A DNA stretch of 64,000 nucleotides from the IMG/VR virus record IMGVR_UViG_3300035661_000042, positions 1-64,000 of that record. One strand, given 5' to 3'. Positions 54,998-64,000 of this stretch are shown in pieces. Position 1 is the stretch's first letter, and every line of letters starts with the position of its first letter. A model generated the notes under the pieces. The model was not told where the DNA came from and did no database searches. It worked only from the letters and a program-made list of their open reading frames with translations. This stretch comes from a virus. A program made the translations under genes and the position numbers.

Positions 54998-56787
54998 GAT
55001 AGAGTTGGCCTTGCTGTGATTAAGTCAAACTGCGTTGTAGGTCCATTAGTTACGCCCTCTGCACGAACATTGATTGTACGTCCCGAGTTATTCGTGCTGG
55101 TTGCGTTACCAAAGTACTTAATCCCGTCGATCGACACCTGAACGCCTGCGGGTCCAGACCGAATGCGCAATGTGCGAGCAACGGAAGATACAGCAGCAGG
55201 AATCGCAACAGTAGTTACGCTTGCACCAGTGTATGGCTTAACTTCTATGCGGCTGTTTATTGCATTAGTTGTATTTACCACCCGAACAGTCGTTCCTGTG
55301 CGCAGTGAATCATCGTACAAGTTTCCTGTCAATACGGGTGATGTTGTTACAACAAATGCGCCATCATTTGCTGTTTGGAGATTGAACACAACAATAATTT
55401 CAACGCCCGCACCAGGAATAACACCCGACGAGTGATATGACCATGAATCATATCCATCAAATACCACCGTACCCCCAGAGAGGGTTGTTGGATAAAAGTT
55501 GGAATCGCCAGATAGGGCAGGAACACCTGCCCCTGTGTATCCAACCCACACTGCCCCAATTTCGCCTGTATGAGAACCTGAGAATGGGTAGGCAAGATAT
55601 CCAGATCCTGTAAATGTGTCTTGAAGAATTAACGGTGCACTCACATTAACTGGGGTGTATGTAAGTTCCGCAGGAGGACACGGAACAGCCCAACCAGGAT
55701 GAGTAAACATACATGGCATACGGGCGCCGATTGGGTTGTTGACATCAGGAACGCCAGCACCAAGACCGTTATCGTAATCAACATACCACGCCCATTTTGT
55801 ACGCCACGCGTCAAAGAAATCAATATTCTCAGCAGTAGCTGAAGCATGGTATAAAGACCCAGAGCCACCGCCTGACCATCCAACATCAATTTCATTGATC
55901 GTACCGGCCAGCAAACCTGCAACGGCAGGTGTGTAACTACCGCCCGCTGTTTCTACAAATCCGGTGACACTTGTAGCTGTCCCGGTGAACGTTTCCGTCG
56001 CCACAACCACTCGGTTAAATACAATCTCCACAATGATTTCAGCAGAGTTTAGAGGATTGATGCCAAACAGAGCACCCGCAAGTGTATCAGCAGCTGTGGC
56101 GGTTGCCACATCAGTCGTTACGTCAAATATTCCAAAGTTGAACCGACGAACTGATACACCTCCGGAAATATATGGGACTACATTTGGTTGATCATTCCAT
56201 AGCGTGTAGTTGCTATACGCTATCAATGGATTTGCACGGGTTGGATTGTTATCAAACCACTGTTCATATAAGATCGGTAGATTATTGTTAATTGCTTGAA
56301 TGTACGGAGATTTAGACCACGCTGCCGTAGCAGCCATGCCTGGGAACGTAGACAGGCCTGGCGGCATCAGAATCGTTCCAGCACCATTTCCACCTTTGCC
56401 TGCATACCAAGCACCAACCACAGGATTTGTCAGTTGATAGAGGGCAACATAGTTAGTTGTTACAAGATTAGAGCCTGGGGAGTATATCCCGTAGTCGAGA
56501 GAAAACCCCGTATATGGCCCTGACACACCCAAGTCGGTAAATACGCCGAGGTTCGTGGCTGGTAATACTGGCGGATTAGTCCACACACTTGGATCACCAC
56601 CCAAATTGACATTCATGCTTACACCATCAAGCGTGTCGTCATCGAAAAATGTGGGGACGCCTGGTACAGGGGTGAATGGAAGAAATACACCCGTTGTCCA
56701 CGGGAACGGTGACAGGTAATATGGTGGACACGGACCAGCAACAGTCCGTATGGCCCAATACGGACCGAATGTAGCTTGTGATAGCAT
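54994..56787 (-). CDS. putative virion structural protein (about 597 aa)
   Basis: P/G/T-rich beta protein; late promoter motif at 56811-56817; likely start MLSQATFG at 56787. Confidence 0.6.
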   Translation of the reverse strand: MLSQATFGPYWAIRTVAGPCPPYYLSPFPWTTGVFLPFTPVPGVPTFFDDDTLDGVSMNVNLGGDPSVWTNPPVLPATNLGVFTDLGVSGPYTGFSLDYGIYSPGSNLVTTNYVALYQLTNPVVGAWYAGKGGNGAGTILMPPGLSTFPGMAATAAWSKSPYIQAINNNLPILYEQWFDNNPTRANPLIAYSNYTLWNDQPNVVPYISGGVSVRRFNFGIFDVTTDVATATAADTLAGALFGINPLNSAEIIVEIVFNRVVVATETFTGTATSVTGFVETAGGSYTPAVAGLLAGTINEIDVGWSGGGSGSLYHASATAENIDFFDAWRTKWAWYVDYDNGLGAGVPDVNNPIGARMPCMFTHPGWAVPCPPAELTYTPVNVSAPLILQDTFTGSGYLAYPFSGSHTGEIGAVWVGYTGAGVPALSGDSNFYPTTLSGGTVVFDGYDSWSYHSSGVIPGAGVEIIVVFNLQTANDGAFVVTTSPVLTGNLYDDSLRTGTTVRVVNTTNAINSRIEVKPYTGASVTTVAIPAAVSSVARTLRIRSGPAGVQVSIDGIKYFGNATSTNNSGRTINVRAEGVTNGPTTQFDLITARPTLS

Positions 56788-56836
56788 ATGTGACCTTTGT
56801 ATCAATCACATATTTATGCAGCTACACATAAGTCCT

Positions 56837-57340
56837 TTACTTGACAAGGTTATGGTCAGACACGATGATCTCGTGGAACTCACCAAGCATCGGAGCTTGC
56901 AGCGCATTGTAGTGCTGACGAACAGCCGATTCAGGCACGACCTTATCACCGCGAGTAGTGCGGCGCTTCAACAGTACATCCAGGCTGATTGGCATCAGCA
57001 CAGCAACCGTCTTGTAGCCGTTCTTACGAGCACCTTCCAAGTACATCTTACGGCGGCGAGCCGACAGATTCGTATTGTCGATATACATCGTACGACGTTC
57101 CTTGACCTGGGAATGAAACCGGGCATTCGCCTTTGCTTCAAATCCCTTATCGGCAACAGAGCCTTCGTACGCCTTGTGGTAGTCATCAGTATCGTACCAT
57201 TCGTGACGCAGCGCGTCCAGAGAGAACACGTTGATATCAGGAATGGTTTCGCGCAACTTTGCCAAGTACGTGCTTTTGCCACATCCGCTTGGACCCACGG
57301 GCATATACATAACAGGAACTGACATGTGGTCATTACTCAT
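56837..57340 (-). CDS. P-loop polynucleotide-kinase-like protein (AAA_33 type)
   Basis: VGPSGCGKST, SLDALR, IDNTNL...RR, R..R lid; likely start at 57340. Confidence 0.85.
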   Translation of the reverse strand: MSNDHMSVPVMYMPVGPSGCGKSTYLAKLRETIPDINVFSLDALRHEWYDTDDYHKAYEGSVADKGFEAKANARFHSQVKERRTMYIDNTNLSARRRKMYLEGARKNGYKTVAVLMPISLDVLLKRRTTRGDKVVPESAVRQHYNALQAPMLGEFHEIIVSDHNLVK

Positions 57341-57824
57341 TTCGCTTTTCCTTCCACCATAGGTAGATTTGTTCAAACTCGTCAAAAGTAGCGTCCGTTT
57401 TGATATTATTTGCTCGAAAGGAGATGTAATGGACATTGCCCTTCACGTATCCTCTTGAACTATCAAGTCGGTCCAGGCTTCCTTGATGAAGTTCCGATAT
57501 TGTCCCAGTTTCTTGACCCAGAGACAACGGAACATTCAAAATCGGACATATCCCTGTCCAAATATCTTGAAGGTAGACTAGGTCAAGGTCAAACTCCCAC
57601 CCATTTTCCTTGGCTCGTTGACGTGCCTTTTGCAGAGAAAACTTTAGCGAACCGGACCGTCGACTGGCAACAGTTCTCGCCTTTTCACGTTGCTTGTATT
57701 CATCAGTGTGACGAAGGGCTCTATGCGTTGATAGGAATCGTTCTCGGTTATTCTCACGCCATTGTTTGGCGGCAGCGTTTAGACGTTCTTTGTGTTTCTC
57801 ACGATAGCGTTGACTTGGTGTCAT
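57333..57824 (-). mobile_element. free-standing HNH-type homing endonuclease
   Basis: basic helical N-terminus; CPILNVPL..SLDRLDSSRGYVKGNVHYISFRANNIK. Confidence 0.8.
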
Positions 57825-57827
57825 AAT

Positions 57828-57862
57828 GTATTCCTCCGATAGACGTATTTATCGGGAAGTAC
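57828..57862 (-). promoter_or_regulatory. late promoter plus SD-sequestering hairpin controlling the HNH gene
   Basis: minus strand GTACTTCCCGATAAATACGTCTATCGGAGGAATAC; ATAAATA in the 5' arm/loop, GGAGG in the 3' arm. Confidence 0.7.
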
Positions 57863-57869
57863 ATCCACC

Positions 57870-58511
57870 TTACCTTTCGCCATTATCTGGCATGCGTACC
57901 GTAGCTGCTAACTCCATAAATTTAGATACCCAATCATCAGCCATTTTGACTTTCGCAGGCTGGTCATCAGAAAACCGGCCGTATTGATCAGCAAGCAAGT
58001 GACGAACAAACACTTCTGCACCACAGTAGTGGTTCGCAGTCAGTGCAAGATTGCGACGCTTTTCCTTGTCTTCAACAGACCAAGGCATGTGATGTTCAAT
58101 GATGAACGACACAGTTACGATGTCTTGTGCGGAGAACAGCGGAAAACGAGCAGCAGCATACGTCTCAAACAGCCGTGCAGACAACAGTTCATGACCGTGG
58201 TAAGCACGGTAATCGCCACGGGCTTCGCTGTGCTTCTTGATTTCAGCTGCCGGCTTGCCCGTATCGTGAAACAGTGCTGCCATTGCGCCGAGGTAGTCAA
58301 GGCGCGACCACGGTTCAGAGTAGTGTTCGCAGTTTGCATCAACCATGCGAACATACTGGTCAACAACCATCATCGTATGAACGAATACGTTCTCTTCGCG
58401 ATGCCAAGGACTATCCTCAACGGTGCGCTTCATCCGCTCGAACATAGGAAATTGTGCCAAGGCATCGCGCTGGCCGAGGAAAGTTGAGCGGTAATCGATC
58501 TGGTGTTCCAT
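57870..58511 (-). CDS. HD-domain phosphohydrolase
   Basis: SPWHREENVFVHT..ALFHDTGK..GHELLSA..HHM..LAD; likely start at 58511. Confidence 0.85.
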   Translation of the reverse strand: MEHQIDYRSTFLGQRDALAQFPMFERMKRTVEDSPWHREENVFVHTMMVVDQYVRMVDANCEHYSEPWSRLDYLGAMAALFHDTGKPAAEIKKHSEARGDYRAYHGHELLSARLFETYAAARFPLFSAQDIVTVSFIIEHHMPWSVEDKEKRRNLALTANHYCGAEVFVRHLLADQYGRFSDDQPAKVKMADDWVSKFMELAATVRMPDNGER

Positions 58512-58536
58512 ACATGTATCCCTAAAAGTTACCCTC

Positions 58537-58565
58537 ATAGTAACCGAAACACATTAAAAAGTCAA
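58537..58565 (-). promoter_or_regulatory. sigma70-like promoter TTGACT-17-TACTAT for the HD/kinase genes
   Basis: -35 at 58560-58565 (overlaps the terminase stop), -10 at 58537-58542. Confidence 0.65.
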
Positions 58566-60124
58566 CCCATTACAATACCGTATCCGTTGTCCCTGTCGTC
58601 GTACTCACTTGGTGCCTCGGTAATGTATGCGTGTGAGTACAGTTTGTCGTACGCGTCTTGGTCAAATGTTGAAATCTCTTCAAGCAGACGGACAACGATC
58701 AATGAAGCCATGATCAAGTCGTCTGTACTACCAGTCTTTGCAGCATAAGAACCCTTTGAACGAACAAAGTGCTTCATCTCTGCAATCAGTGCTTTTGACC
58801 TGATCTTGATGCTGTCACGCTCAACCATTTCCTTGAATGTCATACATGCTTTGATCTTTGACTTGCCAGTCGTCGTCATTCCCTTGCGCTTCTGACCTGT
58901 TTCAGAGACAAATTCTGCTGTTTCAGGTGGATTTTCATCTGCTTCATACAGCGCCATGATTCCTTCGCCGACCCCGTTGTTTTCAACGGAGAAGTACACC
59001 GTTCCCTTTGCTTTCTCAAAGATGCGCAGTAGCTTTTTGAGCATGTGGTAGCCAGTAACGGATGACATTGTGTTGGAGCGGAACTCTGCAATCTGCTCCA
59101 ATGCAGGGAAGTCGTACACAACTATTGTCGTAAAGTCGCTCCCTGACCCCGTAGCAACGTCCATTCCAATCAGGTACACAGTATTCGCAACAGGTTCTTT
59201 GTAGAATACAATCTCTCCTGATACGCCGATCGGTTTGATCCGGTCTACAATGCCTGTTAGGTTTGCCAGGACAACGGTGTCTACCAGCAACGGATCGCTT
59301 GATAGGAATTGACATTCATATTCCTGCTTCCAGCGAATTTCACCAATCTTTGCAGTTTCAGCATCCTTAAACTTTTGATCACGGCCTGGTGGCTCATTCC
59401 ACATGATTTCAATGGGAGCAAAGTTGTTGACACCAATCTTTGGATTTTCTGTCGAAGGAATGTTCGCACCACGCCACAACTGCGCAAATCTGTTCGTATC
59501 GCCGTTTGGCGTAGAACAGATGATACATCGTCCACCGGTTGCAAGTGTAGGTGAAACAGAACCCCAAAACTCTTCCGCAACGCTGTCTCGTACGAATGCA
59601 AATTCGTCCAGGAACAGCAGTGAAATTGCAAGACCACGACCAGTATTAACAGACGTTGCTTGCGAGATGATACGGCTTCCGTTATCAAACCCTACACTGT
59701 GCTTGTTCCATCCGTCTTCCATCAGGCCTGGCTTTAACCAGTGTGGAAGACGCTCGTAGATGAACCGGACGCGGTGGATCATTTCCATTGCGTTGTCGTT
59801 CTTGTTTGACGCAATCACCACCGTTTGTTCAAACTTAAACATTGCAAACCAAAGCAGGAACGCACCTGCAATCCACGACTTACCAATCTGCCGTGGTGCT
59901 AATGCAATCGAGAGTCGGTTGTCAGCAAACGTGCGGACAATATTTCGCTGGTACGGACGCAAAGAGAACGGAATTGAGCCTTCCGTTGCTGTTTGAATCT
60001 GGCAGTACTTGTCAATGAAGTACTCTGGATCTTCCATGCATTTGGAAAGCTCCATAACCTGCTCAGCAGTATATTCATACTGCTCGTTCGCACGTTTAAG
60101 AAATGGGTTTTTGGATTTGGCCAT
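58562..60124 (-). CDS. terL: terminase large subunit (T4 gp17-like)
   Basis: [47 protein letters not shown]. Confidence 0.97.
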   Translation of the reverse strand: MAKSKNPFLKRANEQYEYTAEQVMELSKCMEDPEYFIDKYCQIQTATEGSIPFSLRPYQRNIVRTFADNRLSIALAPRQIGKSWIAGAFLLWFAMFKFEQTVVIASNKNDNAMEMIHRVRFIYERLPHWLKPGLMEDGWNKHSVGFDNGSRIISQATSVNTGRGLAISLLFLDEFAFVRDSVAEEFWGSVSPTLATGGRCIICSTPNGDTNRFAQLWRGANIPSTENPKIGVNNFAPIEIMWNEPPGRDQKFKDAETAKIGEIRWKQEYECQFLSSDPLLVDTVVLANLTGIVDRIKPIGVSGEIVFYKEPVANTVYLIGMDVATGSGSDFTTIVVYDFPALEQIAEFRSNTMSSVTGYHMLKKLLRIFEKAKGTVYFSVENNGVGEGIMALYEADENPPETAEFVSETGQKRKGMTTTGKSKIKACMTFKEMVERDSIKIRSKALIAEMKHFVRSKGSYAAKTGSTDDLIMASLIVVRLLEEISTFDQDAYDKLYSHAYITEAPSEYDDRDNGYGIVMG

Positions 60125-60153
60125 GCAGGTATTTACCCGCATAAAAGGTAGGG

Positions 60154-60588
60154 TTACCTTTTGGTCTTATCGAGGAGTGCCCGGAGGATCTCGTTCCGGT
60201 CAGCAACAATCAGGTTATTGTTGGTTGTATGTGTAGCAGTTCCAGGAATTGGAGTTAGCTTATCTTTGTGCATTTTTAGCACAGACTTTTCACGAACAGC
60301 ACCAAGAGCTACGTTCAACATTGTTGCTGTCACTTCACCCATTCGTGCTTTGAACTTACCTTCAACGCGTTCGAGTTCATCGCTGATAACGCTGACTTGT
60401 CCCATTGCAACAGTATAAATCTCTTCCAATTTGACTTCAATCTCGTCATCTTTCGCATCGTACGTAGGCATTGACACAACTTCTGCTGGGAGTACTTCTT
60501 TGTACTCAACCATTGTTGTACCCGACTCAATGTCAAAGATATCTTCCAGAGGATGATCGACGAGCTTTTGTTGTGTGGTAATGTTCAT
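60154..60588 (-). CDS. probable terminase small subunit (gp16-like)
   Basis: directly upstream of terL; helical with a [19 protein letters not shown]-terminus like T4-type small terminases. Confidence 0.65.
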   Translation of the reverse strand: MNITTQQKLVDHPLEDIFDIESGTTMVEYKEVLPAEVVSMPTYDAKDDEIEVKLEEIYTVAMGQVSVISDELERVEGKFKARMGEVTATMLNVALGAVREKSVLKMHKDKLTPIPGTATHTTNNNLIVADRNEILRALLDKTKR

Positions 60589-61022
60589 TTGAAAATCGTC
60601 TTCTCTGTGATGATTCGAAACGATATATTTCGAGCCTTACAAAACGACTGGGCCGCTTGCCACTTTGCAACATTAACAGCAAACATCAGTTGTTCATACA
60701 GAGCATGTTTGTGGTTTTTGCGCGGTGCTTGTGTTTGAGCTGCTGGCTTAACCTCAATGATTTCCTGTATGATTACGCCATCTTTGTTGATGTATTCTAC
60801 CCAGTAATCCGGATAGTATTTATGCACACGATTGTCAGTGGGTTTCAAGTATGGAATTGCTATTTCTTCGCTTGACCAGCGAAGGACTCGTTCGTTTCCA
60901 TCAAAAAACTTGTGTGTTGCAAGTTCATACGACGACATAAACCGAATCTTATCCACATCACCAACATACTTGTGTGGATTGATTGGAGTATATTTTCCTT
61001 GGGAAAACCTACTGCCAGCCAT
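60585..61022 (-). CDS. gp4: head completion nuclease (T4 gp4-like, TnsA-type fold)
   Basis: GKYTPINPHKYVGD, SSYE, WSSEEIAIPY, YYPDY, IEVKP, N.AKW.AA. Confidence 0.9.
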   Translation of the reverse strand: MAGSRFSQGKYTPINPHKYVGDVDKIRFMSSYELATHKFFDGNERVLRWSSEEIAIPYLKPTDNRVHKYYPDYWVEYINKDGVIIQEIIEVKPAAQTQAPRKNHKHALYEQLMFAVNVAKWQAAQSFCKARNISFRIITEKTIFK

Positions 61023-61024
61023 GA

Positions 61025-62467
61025 TTAACCACTACCACCAAACGGAAGGCTCGTAATCGCTTTACTGAATTTCGTTCCAAGATCAGCAACAGATGCAACA
61101 GCGGATTTACCCAAGCTGGCAACTTGATTAGATGCATTTTTAAGAGGTCCAAGCAAGTCTGCTGCTGATCCACTTGAACCAATGTTAGTAACTGCGTCAA
61201 TTGGACTATTACCCTTCGTTGCATTCCCGTTGTAGCGAAGAGGATACACTCCACCACGTTGTGTTTGTTTGAGGTTATACTTATTGGCAGATGCAAGGGA
61301 TACATCTGGATCAAGGAATACGCTGTCATAGTTGAACGTGAGAGATAATTCTGACCCTTCGTTGCCAACAGACATGTCCAATTCATCCAAATTTAGCGCA
61401 GAGATTCGTGGGTTGAAAAAACGCCAAACATTCATCCGATTGCCGTTGTCGAATAGGTGATAGATACGAATTTCACTGAATACTTGCTTACGATCATTAA
61501 CCAACGTTCCTGATGAGGCTGCATACTTACTTGCTGCAATTTGGTTAATGATTTGATTAGCGCTTAATGTATTGTCAACGAAATCCATACCTCCCTGTTC
61601 CAGCATATCTGACTGGGCTCCTGACGCTTCAATTCCAGTGATTGGTGACATTGCTCGCATGTATGAGTGATAGAACCGTGTACCAACATTCATTGTATCA
61701 TCGTGAAATGACATGTTCATTTCATCAAACTCTGTCTTTGTAACCACCTTGGTGCGGAAGTTGTAATAGTTCACATCTTCGTGGTGAAACTTGATATTTG
61801 GACGTGACGATCGCTTGACAGTAAATGCCATATCAAGTGGACCAAAGTCTTGATCGCCAAGTGGGCCGTATCCTGCATCGGGAATAAATTGGACAACAAA
61901 CAAGAACTTGAATTTAGGAGCACGTGCAATCAGGTCAACTGCGTATGGAGAAGCCTCGCAATGTTCACCAAGTGCTGTTTGTGCATCACCTGCGCCGGGG
62001 GTAAAAATATTGCGCCCTAACCGCTCTAAATTTTGAAAGTCTTGTAGTGCAGAAGGAATATCAGTGGTCTTGAAATTTCCCGCCTTAACTTTGGAGTATA
62101 CTTGTTTTGCCTGTCCATATGCTTGATTTGCAATCGCTGGATTCAAAGGACGCAACATATTAACCACTGTTGGTGCAATTCCTGTTTGTTGCAGGACCCA
62201 GTTTGCACCTGTGTCAATTGATGTTCCGATAGATGTTGGAAGGGCGCCGGTTCCAACACGAATTGAGTTTGAAATGCTGTTAAGATTACGCAGTCCCTTG
62301 CCTATATTCCCGCCGCCAATGCTATTCAACACTTGCAGGTCACCAATCTTCCCTATGGAGTTGAAGAAGTCGCGACGGTCAGCAGTCGAACCTGCAATTC
62401 CTGCTCCACTCTTTTGTAGATAAGCAGGTTCGCATTGTTTGACAGTATAGGTACGTGGATCAGCCAT
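61025..62467 (-). CDS. tail-tube-fold protein (baseplate tube initiator/gp54-like) with N-terminal extension
   Basis: PKFKFLF.V.F..VK...RP..NYYN..MSFHDD..LDMS..LTFNYD; late promoter motif at 62492-62498. Confidence 0.65.
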   Translation of the reverse strand: MADPRTYTVKQCEPAYLQKSGAGIAGSTADRRDFFNSIGKIGDLQVLNSIGGGNIGKGLRNLNSISNSIRVGTGALPTSIGTSIDTGANWVLQQTGIAPTVVNMLRPLNPAIANQAYGQAKQVYSKVKAGNFKTTDIPSALQDFQNLERLGRNIFTPGAGDAQTALGEHCEASPYAVDLIARAPKFKFLFVVQFIPDAGYGPLGDQDFGPLDMAFTVKRSSRPNIKFHHEDVNYYNFRTKVVTKTEFDEMNMSFHDDTMNVGTRFYHSYMRAMSPITGIEASGAQSDMLEQGGMDFVDNTLSANQIINQIAASKYAASSGTLVNDRKQVFSEIRIYHLFDNGNRMNVWRFFNPRISALNLDELDMSVGNEGSELSLTFNYDSVFLDPDVSLASANKYNLKQTQRGGVYPLRYNGNATKGNSPIDAVTNIGSSGSAADLLGPLKNASNQVASLGKSAVASVADLGTKFSKAITSLPFGGSG

Positions 62468-62512
62468 GTTAATTCCTCTGGGTAACGTACTTATTTATGC
62501 ACAGCAAACACT

Positions 62513-62543
62513 AAAAGAAAAGCACGCCGAAGCGTGCTTTTCT
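62513..62543 (-). terminator. rho-independent terminator after the tail tube gene
   Basis: AGAAAAGCACGC-TTCG-GCGTGCTTTTCTTTT. Confidence 0.9.
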
Positions 62544-62559
62544 ACAATCGTGATCAGGC

Positions 62560-63150
62560 TTAACCGATCTTACCAGCACCACCAGAAGCGATGCCTTGAC
62601 CTTGCGCATATCCACCAATATTCTGGCGTGCGTGATCATAGCTGATTGACATAACAATTGTTACTGGGTCAGCTGTTGAGTAGTCAAGTTCTGTCCAGTC
62701 AACGTTTTCAAACCAGCAGCCTTCCATTGTCCAGCGCTCGGTAACTTGATCGTTGCCGTCAAGCATTTCGAGATATGTAACAAACTTGTAGATTGAACCT
62801 TCACCAGCTGCTGCAAGCCATTGGCCTTCTGCACCAATCAACCACTGTTGCTTTTGCAGTTGTGCTTGAATTACTTGTGAAGCTGAACCTGTGACGTCGT
62901 CCTGAACTGTGAGAGCCATTGGATCCCACGAGTGCTTTCCTGCAACATACGACACAGAGTTGTAACGGTGAAGTTCAACTTTTGCGAATGTCAACTTTGG
63001 ACGATTGATGTTAATCGCTTGCATTGATACAGGTTGGCTGTCAGTGCCGCCGCCCATATTAGCAAACGTTACACGCCAGCGGTTTTTTTGCTTTGGATGT
63101 AGGATACCTGAACCTACGCCTGGGATGCCGATATCGTTGATTGTGCTCAC
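62560..63150 (-). CDS. gp19: tail tube protein (gp19-like)
   Basis: PKQKNRWRV, AGKHSWDPMALTVQDD, W.MEGCW..V...ELDYS..ISYD; follows the sheath gene. Confidence 0.9.
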   Translation of the reverse strand: MSTINDIGIPGVGSGILHPKQKNRWRVTFANMGGGTDSQPVSMQAININRPKLTFAKVELHRYNSVSYVAGKHSWDPMALTVQDDVTGSASQVIQAQLQKQQWLIGAEGQWLAAAGEGSIYKFVTYLEMLDGNDQVTERWTMEGCWFENVDWTELDYSTADPVTIVMSISYDHARQNIGGYAQGQGIASGGAGKIG

Positions 63151-63177
63151 ACTTATCTCCTTGTATGGCTATTTAGA

Positions 63178-64000
63178 TTAGATTTGTGCGCCGGTCGCAA
63201 CAATGCGGATTGGGATGTACAAGAATTCAGCTGCACGAACAGGCTTCAAAGCGATGTCGATGTACAGTTCATTCCGGTCAATCCGATCAGGCGTGTTATT
63301 GGACTCATCGCAGACCGTAGCAAAGTCATACAGACCGCGCTTGACAATCAAATCTCCGAGGAAGCCATCAACTGTTGCTTTCAGGTTATCACGTGTTAGT
63401 TGGTCGTTCGGTTCAAAGATGAACGACATTGTGTTCTTACGTAGTTGACGACGGATGTAACCAATCAAACGCTCTACGTTGATACGGTCACGTGCCGAAG
63501 CATCAGGCGCAGAAGTCTTTTGACCCCACACAATAATGCCGCGTCCTGGGAAGAACACGATTGGGTTGATATTTGTGAAGTACTTGTACAAGTTATCACG
63601 TTGACCTTGGTTAAGAGCAACTTCATTAAACGTTGTTGCTGTGCCAAGTGTACCTGTCACATAACCAATGTTTGAAGCACCAGATACCAAGCCACGACGT
63701 GTACCAGCTGGGGCGAACCACAGCTCGGATACTTCATCGCTGTATGCCATTGTGCGCAGAGCGATACCAGATGCGGCAACAAATACGTCTGTTCCGTCGA
63801 GGTTTGAAGCAAACCCGTGTGGGTAGTAGTATGCCAAGCCTGGTGAAGTACGGCGTGATACAGTAGCTGCCCAAAGTGCAACGTCTTCTGGTGTCTTGTC
63901 GAATGGAACATCACCAATTACGAATGCTTCGTCTTGAATGTCTACACGCAAGTTGATCATTTCGTCAACGAGCTCTGGGAAACCAGGGCACAGAATCAAG
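63178..64000 (-). CDS. gp18: contractile tail sheath protein (gp18-like), C-terminal part
   Basis: WFAPAGTRRG, INPI, WGQKT, RINVERL, FEPND, CDESNNTP, KPVRAAEF. Confidence 0.97.
   Translation of the reverse strand, partial: LILCPGFPELVDEMINLRVDIQDEAFVIGDVPFDKTPEDVALWAATVSRRTSPGLAYYYPHGFASNLDGTDVFVAASGIALRTMAYSDEVSELWFAPAGTRRGLVSGASNIGYVTGTLGTATTFNEVALNQGQRDNLYKYFTNINPIVFFPGRGIIVWGQKTSAPDASARDRINVERLIGYIRRQLRKNTMSFIFEPNDQLTRDNLKATVDGFLGDLIVKRGLYDFATVCDESNNTPDRIDRNELYIDIALKPVRAAEFLYIPIRIVATGAQI

Noticed and set aside
57333-57869. Group I intron carrying the HNH gene
   Set aside because: Only about 45 nt of non-coding sequence upstream and an overlap downstream, too little for a ribozyme core.
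1-64000. Stop-codon reassignment, tRNA/rRNA genes, inteins in terminase or helicase
   Set aside because: Core genes are full length in code 11 and end at TAA, TGA and TAG. Intergenic gaps are short with no cloverleaf seen, and TerL, UvsW and UvsX are of normal length.

Overview
This 64-kb window is part of a large, T4-related myovirus (probably jumbo-phage) genome in the standard genetic code. Most genes are on the minus strand. From the right end it holds tail sheath (partial), tail tube, a tube-fold protein, gp4-like head-completion nuclease, small and large terminase, and an HD-domain/P-loop kinase pair separated by an HNH endonuclease. About 30 kb (26.9-56.8 kb) is mostly Gly/Thr/Ala/Ser-rich fibre or decoration genes, including a divergent plus-strand block at 42.9-54.4 kb. 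A replication/recombination block (12.1-26.7 kb) contains gp32, uvsX, a nucleotidyltransferase, uvsY, uvsW, a DnaE fragment, a tandem GroES, gp44/gp62 clamp loader and a MazG-like protein. The standout is at 3.0-12.1 kb: a tightly coupled operon, apparently driven from a late promoter, with a Hint-domain structural protein, a 67-aa peptide ending in CNCNCNCNC, an orphan protein and four consecutive radical-SAM enzymes (two with complete SPASM-type Cys sets, one partial, one without), flanked by two paralogous virion genes. It looks like a RiPP-type maturation system acting on a probable virion peptide. The window also shows a recurrent T4-late-like (n)ATAAATA promoter and several promoters placed inside hairpins, some of which occlude the ribosome-binding site. 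All calls come from motif recognition by eye; no database searches were run.
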